DNA of 63,660 nucleotides, filler included, from Octopus bimaculoides (Eukaryota), in NCBI RefSeq assembly GCF_001194135.2. It is 7 parts of 7 records of this genome, joined end to end, with 100 filler letters (N's around TTAATTAATTAA, not from the genome) between each part and the next. Parts side by side here need not be neighbours in the genome. Positions count along the whole stretch, not along the records: positions 1 to 4,420 come from NC_068988.1; positions 4,521 to 8,001 come from NC_068990.1; positions 8,102 to 19,715 come from NC_069000.1; 4 more parts are not named here. One strand, written 5' to 3'. Positions 1 to 13,900 of this stretch are shown piece by piece. Positions within the stretch are counted from its first letter, which is position 1; every line of letters begins with the position of its first letter. A program made the translations under genes and the position numbers. The notes beneath the pieces are model-generated. The model was not told the DNA's origin and did not search any database. It saw only the letters and a list, made by a program, of their open reading frames with translations.

Positions 1-42
<42 letters not shown>

Positions 43-609
43 TGTGTGTGTATGTACATATATATGTATTATGTATGTTTGTATGTATGTATGTATGGAA
101 TGAAAAGGCTGTAATTCAAGTCATTACAATTGTTTCTGTGCATTAGCAGCAGTTAATAATTGCTCAGTGTTTCACACGTTATACACATTGTTGCATTCAC
201 ATATCATACAACAATAGCTCTTTACTGGCAAGTCATTAGGTGACTGGGTTCCAATACATGTGTGCGTGTGTTTGTGTGTGTGTCTACATATATATATACA
301 CAGATACACACATATATATGTATAGTTAATTAGAAAAACAAACAGGAAAGCACAACAAAAAAAAACAACAAAGCGATGACGTGGTACATGCAAAGTATTA
401 GCAGACGCTCAGTGAAGGAAAAGTAGTTTTACAGTTAGGCGTAATATAGTACCATAAAGGAAAAATTCAATCGTGAGTGAATGTGAATAAGGGTGTTGAG
501 ACACTTACATTGCAACAAATAGGAGTAGAATATTCCTTGTGCTGTAGGAAGTGCGCATATGTATACCCATCGCTGACAGTGGAAGACACTGCCCCATGAC
601 CGAAACAAG

Positions 610-840
610 AATGTCTCAGACTAGACATCTAGTTTCGAGTATTTCCGTACGTTTGGTCAGTGAATATGGTAAATACGGCAAATACATATATGTCAAATAC
701 ATATGCATATGTGATAAATACACATATGGTAAATATATATGTTCTGACTATTGGAATTAACCACAACTAGCCGATCGGGCGGCTCTCACTGACGAAGCGT
801 ACGGAAATACGTGAAACTAGACGTCTAGTCAGAGAACGTT
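610..840. repeat. Imperfect inverted repeat (about 54-bp arms), MITE-like
   Basis: 610-663 (gactagacatctagtttcgagtatttccgtacg..gtcagtga) versus 786-840 (tcactgac..cgtacggaaatacgtgaaactagacgtctagtc). Confidence 0.75.
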
Positions 841-2406
841 TGCTCTTTTACTGCTACACCACCTGTTACTTCAGCAATCACCTTTTTGTACTTCACTTCA
901 ATTTTTCCTTCCCTCTTATTCTCCCCCTACCCTTCTTCATTTCATCTTTTTTTCGTTCTCTCTGTCGAAGGACGTTTGTTTTTCTGTTACTAATTATTGC
1001 CAACGAATAAATCACGGATTATGTAGTGTTCCTCTTCTGTTACAGCCAGTTTCTCAAATACAGTGGTTGTAAGCTCTACTCCATGCCATTTAAAGGAAGA
1101 AAAGTGGACGCTTTATGGTAAGTTATGAGTAGTATAACATCATCAATTATTTCTCTTTGTTTTCTACGTAAGAAGTGGTGTGGTTCGACACAGAAATAGG
1201 ATTAATAAATATACGTGTCTGAAAATAAATATTAAAAGTAGATCGAATCAACTTTCACTCTGCAATTTAAAATTGATATAATTTAGCAAACAATAATTGA
1301 TAGTTGGTACCTACAAACACCCTATATATATNNNNNNNNNNNNNNNNNNNNNNNNNNNNNNNNNNNNNNNNNNNNNNNNNNNNNNNNNNNNNNNNNNNNN
1401 NNNNNNNNNNNNNNNNNNNNNNNNNNNNNNNNNNNNNNNNNNNNNNNNNNNNNNNNNNNNNNNNNNNNNNNNNNNNNNNNNNNNNNNNNNNNNNNNNNNN
1501 NNNNNNNNNNNNNNNNNNNNNNNNNNNNNNNNNNNNNNNNNNNNNNNNNNNNNNNNNNNNNNNNNNNNNNNNNNNNNGTTAATAATTTGATCACAACAGT
1601 TGTAAAGTTTTCTACATAATATATTCAATCATGTTTAGTCAATATATTCAATCAATGTTAGACTACGGTTAAAATTGTTTATTTAGTTTCCTTTGCACGT
1701 AGACGGTTAATTGTATTATGAAATTGGACATTAGTGCCAATGACGTGGTTATCTAAATTGTAATTGCAGTGGCTAAAAAAAATATTTTCTAGAGTATTAA
1801 TTATGAATATGGGCATTGAATGTGGTTGAATCGATAATATTTCGGTACTTATTCTGCCTTTTTACGAACTAAGTGCAAATTACGCGGAAACCATTGTTGC
1901 CTTTCAGTATTTCGAAGTAGATAACATAAGTTCTTATGTGGAATCACTATTTATCAATCGTACAGTAGCTTAACTTCTACATATTGATATATTTTCTACT
2001 GTAGCTAACTTGATAACACTCATATATCTATAAATCTATTTTGACATATCTTACATATTGCTGTATTTATATCCGCTAAGATTCTTAATGTTACCCTACT
2101 GGGTCGCATTTCCAGCGGCAAAGTTAATATTTATTTCAACTAAATAATGCGTAACATAAAGTGTAAGATAAATGGAGATACAATTCATTACATCCTGCAA
2201 ACAAGAATCAACTGTTTCAAACTCACAATTTAGGAAATGTTAGCAGATTAAGATTATTGGAAAAATTTTGATTTTGTCTAAAAGCGATACGGTGTTTAGT
2301 GGTTTATAAAATAAGAGAATATTAAGACATTGGTTTACAAGGATATGTAGGTTGGGATAACTATCATAACGATAGAGGATAGCTAGCCAACTCATATGAC
2401 GTAATT

Positions 2407-2460
<54 letters not shown>

Positions 2461-3592
2461 ATTTGTATCATACGTCGTATACGTATGTATGTTCCGAATC
2501 ACGATTTGAAATGAAAATTAATGTTTCCGTGAATTCAGATGGGTTAGGGTTAGGGTTAGGACATATTTAGAAATTCCTATGATATACGAATTTACTATGA
2601 CCTTCATCAGAACAAGCATTTCAACATGGATGTGCAATGCCCGTATCAGATAAAATTAAAGAAATGTTTACATCTTCTCTATCGCAATCATCCCCAAATC
2701 TAATTATATTTTAACAGCCTCTATCAAATTCAGCTGGAAAATCTGAGAAGATCTAGCGGAGATTTCCTTTAAAATCATTAATTGGTTTGTGGCCTGTTAT
2801 TATAAAATGTTTAAGTCAAAAGAAAATTTTTATCTTAAACGCAAGCATTATGTCAATATCAAAGACAGATTTCTGATAACATGATTTGAAGGAAATCTAG
2901 CTTTATATCTACTCTATATTAAAAGATGTAAACTGACTAATGAAACATTGGAGGGTACATAAGTAATTAGCCATAAATAGTCATTAAGAATTTGATTAAA
3001 TTACATTTTACACATCTAAAATATGTGAATGTGAATGAGTAAAAAGATAGTATTTGTGTGTAATCGTTTGCTTTTATTCGTCTTTGGCTGTATCTTTAAA
3101 ACTTCGAATAGACTGACTTCGATATCCATTCCGGCTCTTTGCAATCTGAATTTAAATACCACGGTTACCAACGTCATCTTTCTTGATTTTGTGCTCGACA
3201 AAGTAGCAGTAATATAACGATGCAATGTCTTTAACTTCCTAATATTTCTTATTCTATGATTATCAATTTCACTTTTTCTGCAAAAATTCTCTGCGCACAG
3301 GCCCGGAGTAGGATGGTCTCCCCAGATATAAAATATCTTTACGTCATACTGTAGGTTATGGCAGGACCCCTATTATTTTTTCAGGAGTTACAGGCCGAAG
3401 GCTATGCTCACCCTTTCTCTCTCCCTCATCTCCCCCCTCTTCCTATCTCTCTCTCTCTCTCTCTCTTTATACACACAAACACACACATATATGTAGGTGT
3501 ATGTATATATGTGTATTTGTGAGTATGTGGGAGTGTATGTATGTATATGTGTGTGTATGTATACATATATGTTTATATATATATATATATAT

Positions 3593-3664
<72 letters not shown>

Positions 3665-4420
3665 ATATGTGTATGTATGTATGTATCTGCATGAGTGTGT
3701 ATGTGTAGAAACAATAGAGAGATAGGCATACTCATGCACATATATAGATACATTTGTGAGTAGTAATATTATATCAATAAACTTTAAAAATTACTTAAGA
3801 GAGAAAGAACATTTCCTAAGGAATATGGCATTAACTTAACACTTGACATGTTAAGGTGACGATAGAGAACATTAACGTCGACGCATATGTGCGTGAACGT
3901 GTGTATCTGCGTACCTACATGCATGCATTTATAGGGTAGGTTGTAACTTTAAGATGTGCTAAACACTTTGTCATATTTTGAATCGATGGTTTAGCGAAGC
4001 GTAAAACTTCGCTAAACTCCACACATTGGATGTACCGATGTGATACATTGATTTTCTACACCAGTAAAATTCCCATTTTCTTCAGGCTCCAATTCAGCAA
4101 TGTAGGTAGCCTGGAATTCGGATTGGGTTCCTCGCCATTATTGTAATGATTATTATTATTATTATTATCATTTTATGTTTGACTTTTGTTTTGCATTTGT
4201 ACAAGTTGGATCCATTATTATTATTATTATTATCATTATTCAGTAGTTTTATTTTTATAACGTGCTTTCACTTCACTGCCGAGCACAGCTCTGTGTGCCT
4301 TGGGTATGTGCTGTGGTTTGCTGTGGTGCTCTTATGTTTACTGTATTGAAAGTGTTTTGCGTAGAATGTGTGCAGTACCCAGTAGTGCAATTTTCTGTAT
4401 GTTATATATATTTGTAAGTC

Positions 4421-4520
4421 NNNNNNNNNNNNNNNNNNNNNNNNNNNNNNNNNNNNNNNNNNNNTTAATTAATTAANNNNNNNNNNNNNNNNNNNNNNNN
4501 NNNNNNNNNNNNNNNNNNNN
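4421..4520. other. Assembly join spacer N44-TTAATTAATTAA-N44 (also 8002-8101, 19716-19815, 23538-23637, 30663-30762, 45114-45213)
   Basis: Identical 100-nt structure six times; the 12-mer gives TAA in all six frames. Confidence 0.97.
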
Positions 4521-4561
<41 letters not shown>

Positions 4562-4840
4562 TGTTTGTGTGTATGTTTGCATGTACGCATATATATGTGT
4601 ATATATGTATGTGTGTAGGTGTGTATGTATATGTGGGATATATGTGCCTTCATAGACGCTGTGTAGAAAGATAGGTAGGTAAGAAAGTACGTATGTTTGT
4701 ATATATGCAGGTAAGCATGTACGTATAGATACATGTATGCCTGTATGCGTGGATGTGTGTCTGTATGTATTTTAGCATATATGTATATTTGTGCTTATGC
4801 ATCTCTCTTTCTTTCTCACTCTCTCTTTCTCCTCTCTCCC

Positions 4841-4898
<58 letters not shown>

Positions 4899-4973
4899 AT
4901 AACGTAATCATATATGTACGTCTGTGTATGTATATGTGCATGTATGGATGTATTGATGTATGTGAGTGCATAA

Positions 4974-5018
<45 letters not shown>

Positions 5019-5130
5019 TGTGAATACACTTATATACACACACTCAGAAACGTTCACACACACACACAGATGCAAACACACACTCACTCGCACACATTCA
5101 TACACACTCATACATACACACACACGCACG

Positions 5131-5187
<57 letters not shown>

Positions 5188-5902
5188 CAACACAATACAC
5201 ATCAGCATGTAAAAGTGTATTAACAGATTCAATTATATTTTCGTAACTAAGTTTTCTCAGATGCAAAAAGAACAGTGAGGCGTCCGTGNNNNNNNNNNNN
5301 NNNNNNNNNNNNNNNNNNNNNNNNNNNNNNNNNNNNNNNNNNNNNNNNNNNNNNNNNNNNNNNNNNNNNNNNNNNNNNNNNNNNNNNNNNNNNNNNNNNN
5401 NNNNNNNNNNNNNNNNNNNNNNNNNNNNNNNNNNNNNNNNNNNNNNNNNNNNNNNNNNNNNNNNNNNNNNNNNNNNNNNNNNNNNNNNNNNNNNNNNNNN
5501 NNNNNNNNNNNNNNNNNNNNNNNNNNNNNNNNNNNNNNNNNNNNNNNNNNNNNNNNNNNNNNNNNNNNNNNNNNNNNNNNNNNNNNNNNNNNNNNNNNNN
5601 NNNNNNNNNNNNNNNNNNNNNNNNNNNNNNNNNNNNNNNNNNNNNNNNNNNNNNNNNNNNNNNNNNNNNNNNNNNNNNNNNNNNNNNNNNNNNNNNNNNN
5701 NNNNNNNNNNNNNNNNNNNNNNNNNNNNNNNNNNNNNNNNNNNNNNNNNNNNNNNNNNNNNNNNNNNNNNNNNNNNNNNNNNNNNNNNNNNNNNNNNNNN
5801 NNNNNNNNNNNNNNNNNNNNNNNNNNNNNNNNNNNNNNNNNNNNNNNNNNNNNNNNNNNNNNNNNNNNNNNNNNNNNNNNNNNNNNNNNNNNNNNNNNNN
5901 NN

Positions 5903-5973
<71 letters not shown>

Positions 5974-6811
5974 TACACACACATATATATGTGTGTGTGT
6001 CTTTGTCTTTGTGTTTGTTCCCCACCACCGCTTGACTATTGGTGTTGGTTCGTTTACATCCACGTAACTTAGTGCTTCGACATAAGTGACCAAAACTACT
6101 AGATTTAGAAATATGTACTGAGGACGGTTAGTTTAACTACACCGTTCAAGATGGTTCCCTTGCACGGACGTAGTCTAAAGGTGCAATTAAGAGAAGTATA
6201 AAAGGGTCTTTATTTTTGGTCTACCGCAATACTGGTGTAACACTTTGAAGGCTATCAATCCCTGTAATTATTTTCAGTCTGGTACAAATTATATCGGATC
6301 CTTTTCGCCGAGAAGAGGTTAAAAATTCAACACCGTTTGTCAAACATCGCGAGACAAACACTAACACAAAAGCATGGCTGCTACACATGTGAGTGTGCTT
6401 GCGTGCGTGGATATGCGTGTAGATCTACTTGTATGGATGTGTGTTGTATGTATGTGTGACTGTGTGTACGTGTGTGTGTATGGATTTGTGTGTGCACGTG
6501 CGTGTGTATGTGTGTGTACGTGTGTGAGTGTGTATGTGTCTGTGTGTACGTTTAACTACAGTTATTACTGAAGGAATTTGGGGATATTTCTATTTTTGTT
6601 ATTTGCCCATTTTGAGGATATCAAGCAACTTTCTGTCTTTCATTTATTCAATCCTTCCTCTTTCTCTCTCTCCTATATATATATAAATAGTTCATATTCC
6701 ATGTACTCGTACTTCGTATTTTTTGTTGTACACGCTTCGTGACGTCCTGTGCCCACATATGCATATATATGCGTGTAGATGTATGTACATATACGTATGT
6801 ATATATGCATA

Positions 6812-6848
<37 letters not shown>

Positions 6849-7247
6849 NNNNNNNNNNNNNNNNNNNNNNNNNNNNNNNNNNNNNNNNNNNNNNNNNNNN
6901 NNNNNNNNNNNNNNNNNNNNNNNNNNNNNNNNNNNNNNNNNNNNNNNNNNNNNNNNNNNNNNNNNNNNNNNNNNNNNNNNNNNNNNNNNNNNNNNNNNNN
7001 NNNNNNNNNNNNNNNNNNNNNNNNNNNNNNNNNNNNNNNNNNNNNNNNNNNNNNNNNNNNNNNNNNNNNNNNNNNNNNNNNNNNNNNNNNNNNNNNNNNN
7101 NNNNNNNNNNNNNNNNNNNNNNNNNNNNNNNNNNNNNNNNNNNNNNNNNNNNNNNNNNNNNNNNNNNNNNNNNNNNNNNNNNNNNNNNNNNNNNNNNNNN
7201 NNNNNNNNNNNNNNNNNNNNNNNNNNNNNNNNNNNNNNNNNNNNNNN

Positions 7248-7282
<35 letters not shown>

Positions 7283-8101
7283 TTATCTATATTATTATAT
7301 GACTAAACACCACGCATCCTCTTCCAAATAAATTTTATTTTAATAATTCTGATGCGCACTACATACGATTGTTTTACTCTTTCGTTTTTCTCTCTTTCTC
7401 TCTCCAGTCCTTTTAACTCCTCTTCTCCCACTATTCTATTACTCTGTCACTCTCTCTCCCTCACTCCTCCTCCCTTGCTCACGTGGCTCCCACGTGACCA
7501 TCGGTCATCTTTCTTTTTTCTTCTAACTTGTGTTTCTATCTCTCTCTCTCTCTGTTGTAGCCGGAACAAGGAAGACGTGTTCTTGCTTGTCTCCAGTCCT
7601 AGCTTGATTTACGCGTTCGTCACCACAACCTCGTTCAGGCTTAGCAGCCCTTCCTGTTTTATTTCACTGTCCTGTTTGTGTTACCAATTTTGACCCTCCG
7701 CAAAATCCCAAATTTTATCTAATTTGCTTTGCGGGTGCAACTGTTTTATCGAAAGCGTATATTGTTATTAAATGCTTAAAATACGAGAGTAGGAAAACAG
7801 CCAACAACTAAGGAATGGTCGTTCTTTATGTTGTTTTCCATCTCTGTCTTTCGTTGTTCGAAAAAAATAGTTCATATTTCATGTACTCGTATTTCGTAGT
7901 TTTTGTTGTACACGTTTCGTGACGTCCTGTGCCCATATATGCATATATATGTGCGTATAAATATGTGTGTACATATACGTATGTATATATGCATATATAT
8001 ANNNNNNNNNNNNNNNNNNNNNNNNNNNNNNNNNNNNNNNNNNNNTTAATTAATTAANNNNNNNNNNNNNNNNNNNNNNNNNNNNNNNNNNNNNNNNNNN
8101 N

Positions 8102-8424
8102 GCGAGGAACTAGCTCCTGGTCCCAATGTCCAAAGTGATAAACAAATTGATGCATTTATCCGTCAGATGTCTGACAGTGCCTATCACCCATCTTGTACCT
8201 GCAAGATGGGACATCCATCAGATAATATGGCTGTGGTTGGCCCTGACACTAAAGTCTATGGAATTGAGAATCTTCGTGTCGTAGATGCCTCAATCATGCC
8301 CAGTGTAGTCAGTGGCAACTTAAATGGTCCTACTTGCATGCTCGCTGAAAAAGCAGCAGACATCATTCGGAATCGGCCAGCACTTCCTAAATCAACAGCT
8401 CCAGTCTGGCAGCCAAAAACATGA
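8102..8424 (+). CDS. CHDH: Choline dehydrogenase (GMC oxidoreductase), last coding exon; 5' end truncated by assembly gap
   Basis: Frame from 8104 reads [106 protein letters not shown], ending TGA at 8422-8424. [20 protein letters not shown] and GNLN..T.M.AEKAAD match the animal CHDH C-terminus, including the catalytic His/Asn region. Confidence 0.96.
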
Positions 8425-11400
8425 GATACCCAAAGATAACTCATGCTATCCATTCCTTTCTCTCCCTTTCATGTTATGTTTCCTTTTCTTTTGTCTAAAG
8501 GATTATAACTTTGCTGCTATGCAGCAACCAATATATTCTGATTGTAAATATATGTATATATATATATATGTATCTATATATATATATATATAAATATTCA
8601 GTTCTGCATTTTTTAATTGTTTATTTTACAAGAAGGCTGTTATCTTTTTCTTTGTATTAAAGTATTCACTTTTACAAAGCTTGTTGTTTATAAACTCATG
8701 TTCATTTATTTCTATGCCCACCTATCTCTCTATTCTCTTCCCCTGTAATGGAAAATAATGAATCTATTGCAAGAAATTTGTGAACTTGATGTCTTGCTCT
8801 TTTAGTTTAACTAACCATTCCTCAACCATTTCTTTCTTCCTATTTTATTAAATGATGCCCTTTTTTTTTATTTTTTAACAGTATTAATTATTTTAACATT
8901 TTTTTAAAGAAAATCATATTAAAATTCTTCATTTATTTTAGAGATTCTAACTGCCCTCCTCTAACAAGTCCAACAGTTTAGACCAATTTCCAAATTTTTT
9001 CAAAGGTACATAAAATTTACATGAATTAGATAACAGCAAAAAATTGTAAAAGTTTGTATTGAAATTTAATTCATTTGCAAAAGAAAATTAATAAATTGCA
9101 TTTACCTGTCACCTGCTTCTAGTTTGCTTCATTTTCATTTTCACTAATTAATCATTCAAATAGTTAAACCTCACCTTATCTGTTGCACTGTGGTATAGAA
9201 TAAACTGGTTGCACCTGTTTCTTTCTAGGCATTAGTATTTTCAGGAGCTAAAACGGTTTTTGTGTGATGGTGGTGGAGGTGAGTCTGTAATGAAGAAGAA
9301 GAATCTTTTTTTTTTTTAAGACTGAATCAGTTGAGTACAGCAGTACCTGGCACACTTGTTGAACAGGTAATATTTTAAAACTTTTGGCCTGTGCAGATAC
9401 TGAGGGCTGAGGACAAAACATTAAACTAAATTCTGTATATCTTTCACCTTTTTTAATTCTTTCGGTCATTGGGCATCGGCATGCTTGGTCACTGCCTGCC
9501 TGAAAGTGTTTTAATGTTGAAAAATTGACCCAAGTACTTCTTGAGTTTGTACGTATTTTACTGGCTCTTTTGCTAAACTGCCAAATTAGGGGGATGTAAA
9601 CAAACCAATACCAGTTACACATGCACATACCTACATGTGTGTGTCTGTGTGACAGAGAGAAGGCATGTAGCATAGTGTTTAGCATGTAGCATTCACAATT
9701 GCAAGATCAGGGCCAGGTAGTGTATTGAGTTCTTGAGCAAGACACTTCATTTTTATGTTGCTTTGCAATCACTGACATCTGACGTTCGATCGATATAAAT
9801 CTGTGCAGGTTGTTCTGCAAGAAGCTGTGGAACATCCATCTGCTCTTTACAACAAGAGGGTCTACCATTTGAATATGGGAAGCTTCCAAATGGCTTCCCT
9901 CTACTGCAGTCGCTCACAAGGCATTGATCAATTCAAGGCTATAGTAAAAGACACTTGTTCAAGGTGCTGTGCAGTGCAACTGAACCCAAAACCACATGGT
10001 TGCAAAGTGACCTTAATCGCAATCATACTTATGCCTATATAGTTCAGTTAATTTTTTACTTGCCTTCGTTCTGATTTCTGATAAAATACACTTAATACTT
10101 AAAATATGCTGGGATTTATTTCAATTGACAAACCTCGTAACAATAGTTTGTCTTGAGTTCTGTGGAAGCTAACATTCCTTTACTTATCTGTCTTTTTCAC
10201 TTTCATCTCACAAATCATTCATTATATTCAAGAGCTTGTTTTTCTTCACAGATAAACCAGTAAAAGTTCTGATTGTTAACCAAAAAGATATTTGTCTTAA
10301 GATTATTCTAGATTAAATGGATTATGTTATTAGAAACAAGAACAACAAAAAAGATAATTCATTGTAAAATGGCAGTTATTAAACTTTTGGAGCTCAGTGT
10401 CTTCCATTCATGAAATGGCATTCTATTCCCAGTATTTTGAAGAAACACTATCATCAGTTTAAGGTCCACTTTTCTATGCTTGCATGACTTGGACAGAATT
10501 TGAGATTTTCTACTGCTGGATGCCTTTCTCATTGCCAATCCTTAGTTCTTTCCAAGTAAGGTTTATTTCCCCAGAGCTAGATATGCCTTTGCAGAATATT
10601 TGAAATGAATAACATGCTTTTATAACAATCATGTGATGTTAATTCAAGGAGACACAGACATACACACATGATAGGCTTCTTTCAGTTTCCATCTACCAAA
10701 TTCGCTCAAGGCTTATTTTAATCAAACAAAAGTTAGTTTTCTTCTGTATTTTACTGTCACATCCATCATATATTTGTTTTTAGTATTACTGTAAGTTTTT
10801 TTTTATGGAAATTACTAATGAAAGTGAAGACTTAATGAAATTATATTGGACCTTGATGCAATAAAAAAAAACATCAGTTGTGTTTCTGCTCACTGATAAC
10901 TTCATGTCCATTCATACTTCAACCCTAACAAAGATTTTTTGGAAATGTGTTTCTAATATAAGAACTGTACTAGGTATAACTCTTTAGCTTTCAGATTAAT
11001 CAGTGAAATGCAATGCTTGTTTATTCACATTGTTCTGAATTAATCATATATTATCTTGTAGTTTTGAGATTTTAATGATGTGACTGTTCATTTGTAGAGT
11101 GGTATTGTACAGTAGGTGTGAGAGACAGGATCTAGTCAGTTTCAACATGAGACTGGTAGAATATTTGGCATAGATGTGGCCAGTTTAAATGCTAATGGGT
11201 TAAATACTTTCTCTAAACACCCAATGCTATCCGCTCCTTTCTCTCCCTTTCATGTTATGTTTCCTTTTCTCTTGTCTAAAGGATTATAACTTTGCTGCTA
11301 TGCAGCAACCATGGTTTCTCCTTCACATTAGCAACTTCTGTGAGGGCATTACCACTTGGGTTAAGAACCATTGCTGTAAAACTACCAAAATATTAAGTGT

Positions 11401-11663
11401 ATTTATAGTTATCCCCCTCGCCCAGTTTGTGGGGTCCTTATTTTGAGGGTACCTACTGCAGGATATTAAAATAAACAGGTCAACAAAAGAGTGAACCAGT
11501 CAAGTCAAGCAGAAGTAAACTATTGTTTCTTTTTGAGGAAACAAGGCTGATTTGTATGGGTACTAGTGTGCCCATAACCTGATGAACACAGAAAATATTT
11601 TTATCTTATGTAAAAGTATTGAATATAATATTAAAACTTAATATACAGAAAACTGTGTATTTT

Positions 11664-11699
<36 letters not shown>

Positions 11700-12434
11700 N
11701 NNNNNNNNNNNNNNNNNNNNNNNNNNNNNNNNNNNNNNNNNNNNNNNNNNNNNNNNNNNNNNNNNNNNNNNNNNNNNNNNNNNNNNNNNNNNNNNNNNNN
11801 NNNNNNNNNNNNNNNNNNNNNNNNNNNNNNNNNNNNNNNNNNNNNNNNNNNNNNNNNNNNNNNNNNNNNNNNNNNNNNNNNNNNNNNNNNNNNNNNNNNN
11901 NNNNNNNNNNNNNNNNNNNNNNNNNNNNNNNNNNNNNNNNNNNNNNNNNNNNNNNNNNNNNNNNNNNNNNNNNNNNNNNNNNNNNNNNNNNNNNNNNNNN
12001 NNNNNNNNNNNNNNNNNNNNNNNNNNNNNNNNNNNNNNNNNNNNNNNNNNNNNNNNNNNNNNNNNNNNNNNNNNNNNNNNNNNNNNNNNNNNNNNNNNNN
12101 NNNNNNNNNNNNNNNNNNNNNNNNNNNNNNNNNNNNNNNNNNNNNNNNNNNNNNNNNNNNNNNNNNNNNNNNNNNNNNNNNNNNNNNNNNNNNNNNNNNN
12201 NNNNNNNNNNNNNNNNNNNNNNNNNNNNNNNNNNNNNNNNNNNNNNNNNNNNNNNNNNNNNNNNNNNNNNNNNNNNNNNNNNNNNNNNNNNNNNNNNNNN
12301 NNNNNNNNNNNNNNNNNNNNNNNNNNNNNNNNNNNNNNNNNNNNNNNNNNNNNNNNNNNNNNNNNNNNNNNNNNNNNNNNNNNNNNNNNNNNNNNNNNNN
12401 NNNNNNNNNNNNNNNNNNNNNNNNNNNNNNNNNN

Positions 12435-12641
12435 GCCTGTAATTCAAAGGGTCAGCCTTGTCACATTCTGTGTCACACTGAATATCCCCGAGAACTACGT
12501 TAAGGGTACACGTGTCTGTGGAGTGCTCAGCCACTTGCATGTTAATTTCACAAGCAGGCTGTTCCGTTGATCGGATCGACTGGAACCCTCGATGTCGTAA
12601 GCGACGGAGTGCCAACCACCACCACCACCACCACCACCACC
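12435..12641 (+). mobile_element. SINE family C 3' part with (CAC)n tail
   Basis: Nearly identical to 62247-62428. Confidence 0.85.
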
Positions 12642-12989
12642 AGCATCATGTTAGAAACTGATTCACACTTGAACAATTCTGGTGTATATGATAGTATGCT
12701 CATGTCTTTTTGCTGTGCATATCTTACATGGTAAACAGCTTCCAACTCCCAAGTGCTGAAAGATTCATCTAAATAATGAAGGAAAAGCATCATGGTGGAT
12801 ATAAAATTGTAAGTGTTCAACAACTTGAAAAGTTTGCAAATATTTGATGTATGTAGCTAAGCCTTTAAACTTCACCACATGAATGGTTAAAACAATTGTG
12901 AAAAATGCTTTGAAAATCTCAATATCATTGAAGTAATTTGTTCAAAGAGTAAACTTTTGGAAAAATATCAACTATATTTCCTATGGAGA

Positions 12990-13900
12990 TAGCTGATGAC
13001 GGAATGCAACATGCCATTAAGTCAACATACAATGCAAAAACTAAGGAACATCTTTAATCACTTACTAGAAGGATGAAATAATTCAGAAACATTTACTATT
13101 AGCAGAGGTTGGTTTCGAAGATTCCAACACTACAAAACTTCTGTATGTATGGTAAAGCTGAAAGTGTAAACTCCCAGGAAACCAAGGAATTTCCTTTGGT
13201 TCATAAGATTATCTTTGAGTGTGGCAAATCCCCTCCCTGACTTTTATTCTATGTAAATGAAACACATTATATAAAAATGAACGTCATCCTGCATTTTTAG
13301 TTTTTAGGAAAAATTTTTTTAAATGCTTCTTGGGTCAAGGCTGGAAAAGACCATTTAACCCTACTCTTTGGTGGTAATGCTTTAGGAGACTTCAGACTGA
13401 AGCAATTGTTCATTTATTATTCAGCTGTACTAATGATCAATGAGAGCAATGTTAATTTTGGATCTACTTGTGATTGGAAAATCAAACTAAAAAGTCTGGG
13501 TTATTATAAGAAAATTTCATACTGTGGTGTTTCATATTTTTACCCAACAGTGAAAAAAAAAAAAGTTTGAAGAACACAACCTTGAGCATAAGGTAACATT
13601 TGTGTTTGATAAACTTCAGAATCTTGACACCCTCAAGACCTGTATTCTTGAATTAGTTTGCCTATCACCAAATAACACTACTTTACTCAAGCCCATGGAT
13701 AGGGTTGTAATTTTTGACATAATGACCTACTGTCTCTTGCACTCTCAAAGAATTTGTTGAGATGACAAATGACCAAGATAAAAAAAATCTGATATCACGA
13801 AAGTCATGGATATCAAAACAGTCTGGGACAAAGTAACCTGGAACAGCACAAAGTTTGGACGAAACTATGTCTAGAAGACTTCCGTGACGATTTCTTGGAA
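12990..13900 (+). mobile_element. Decayed Tigger/pogo-family (DDE_1) transposase
   Basis: Motifs in order, with frameshifts: FTISRGWFRRF (13092), FYVNET (about 13247), VKAGKDHLTLLFGGNALGDFRLKQLFIYYS (13334), CLSPNNTTLLKPMDRVVI (about 13659). These correspond to Tigger F.ASRGWF, FNVDET, KDRLTLLL..NA.GD.K.K and LPPNTTS..QPMDQGVI. Boundaries approximate. Confidence 0.85.

Noticed and set aside
2541-2560. (GGGTTA)3 telomere-like repeat
   Set aside because: Only about 3 units, internal to ordinary sequence; no evidence of a telomere or fusion.
2520-2612. Minus-strand CTGATGAAGG...GGAAACAT hammerhead-like pair
   Set aside because: No stem II or stem I pairing; likely chance or fully decayed.
3989-4017. 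Perfect 11-bp stem hairpin GTTTAGCGAAG/CTTCGCTAAAC, considered as a Helitron 3' end or terminator
   Set aside because: No CTRR end at the expected distance on either strand, and bacterial-type terminators are irrelevant in this genome.
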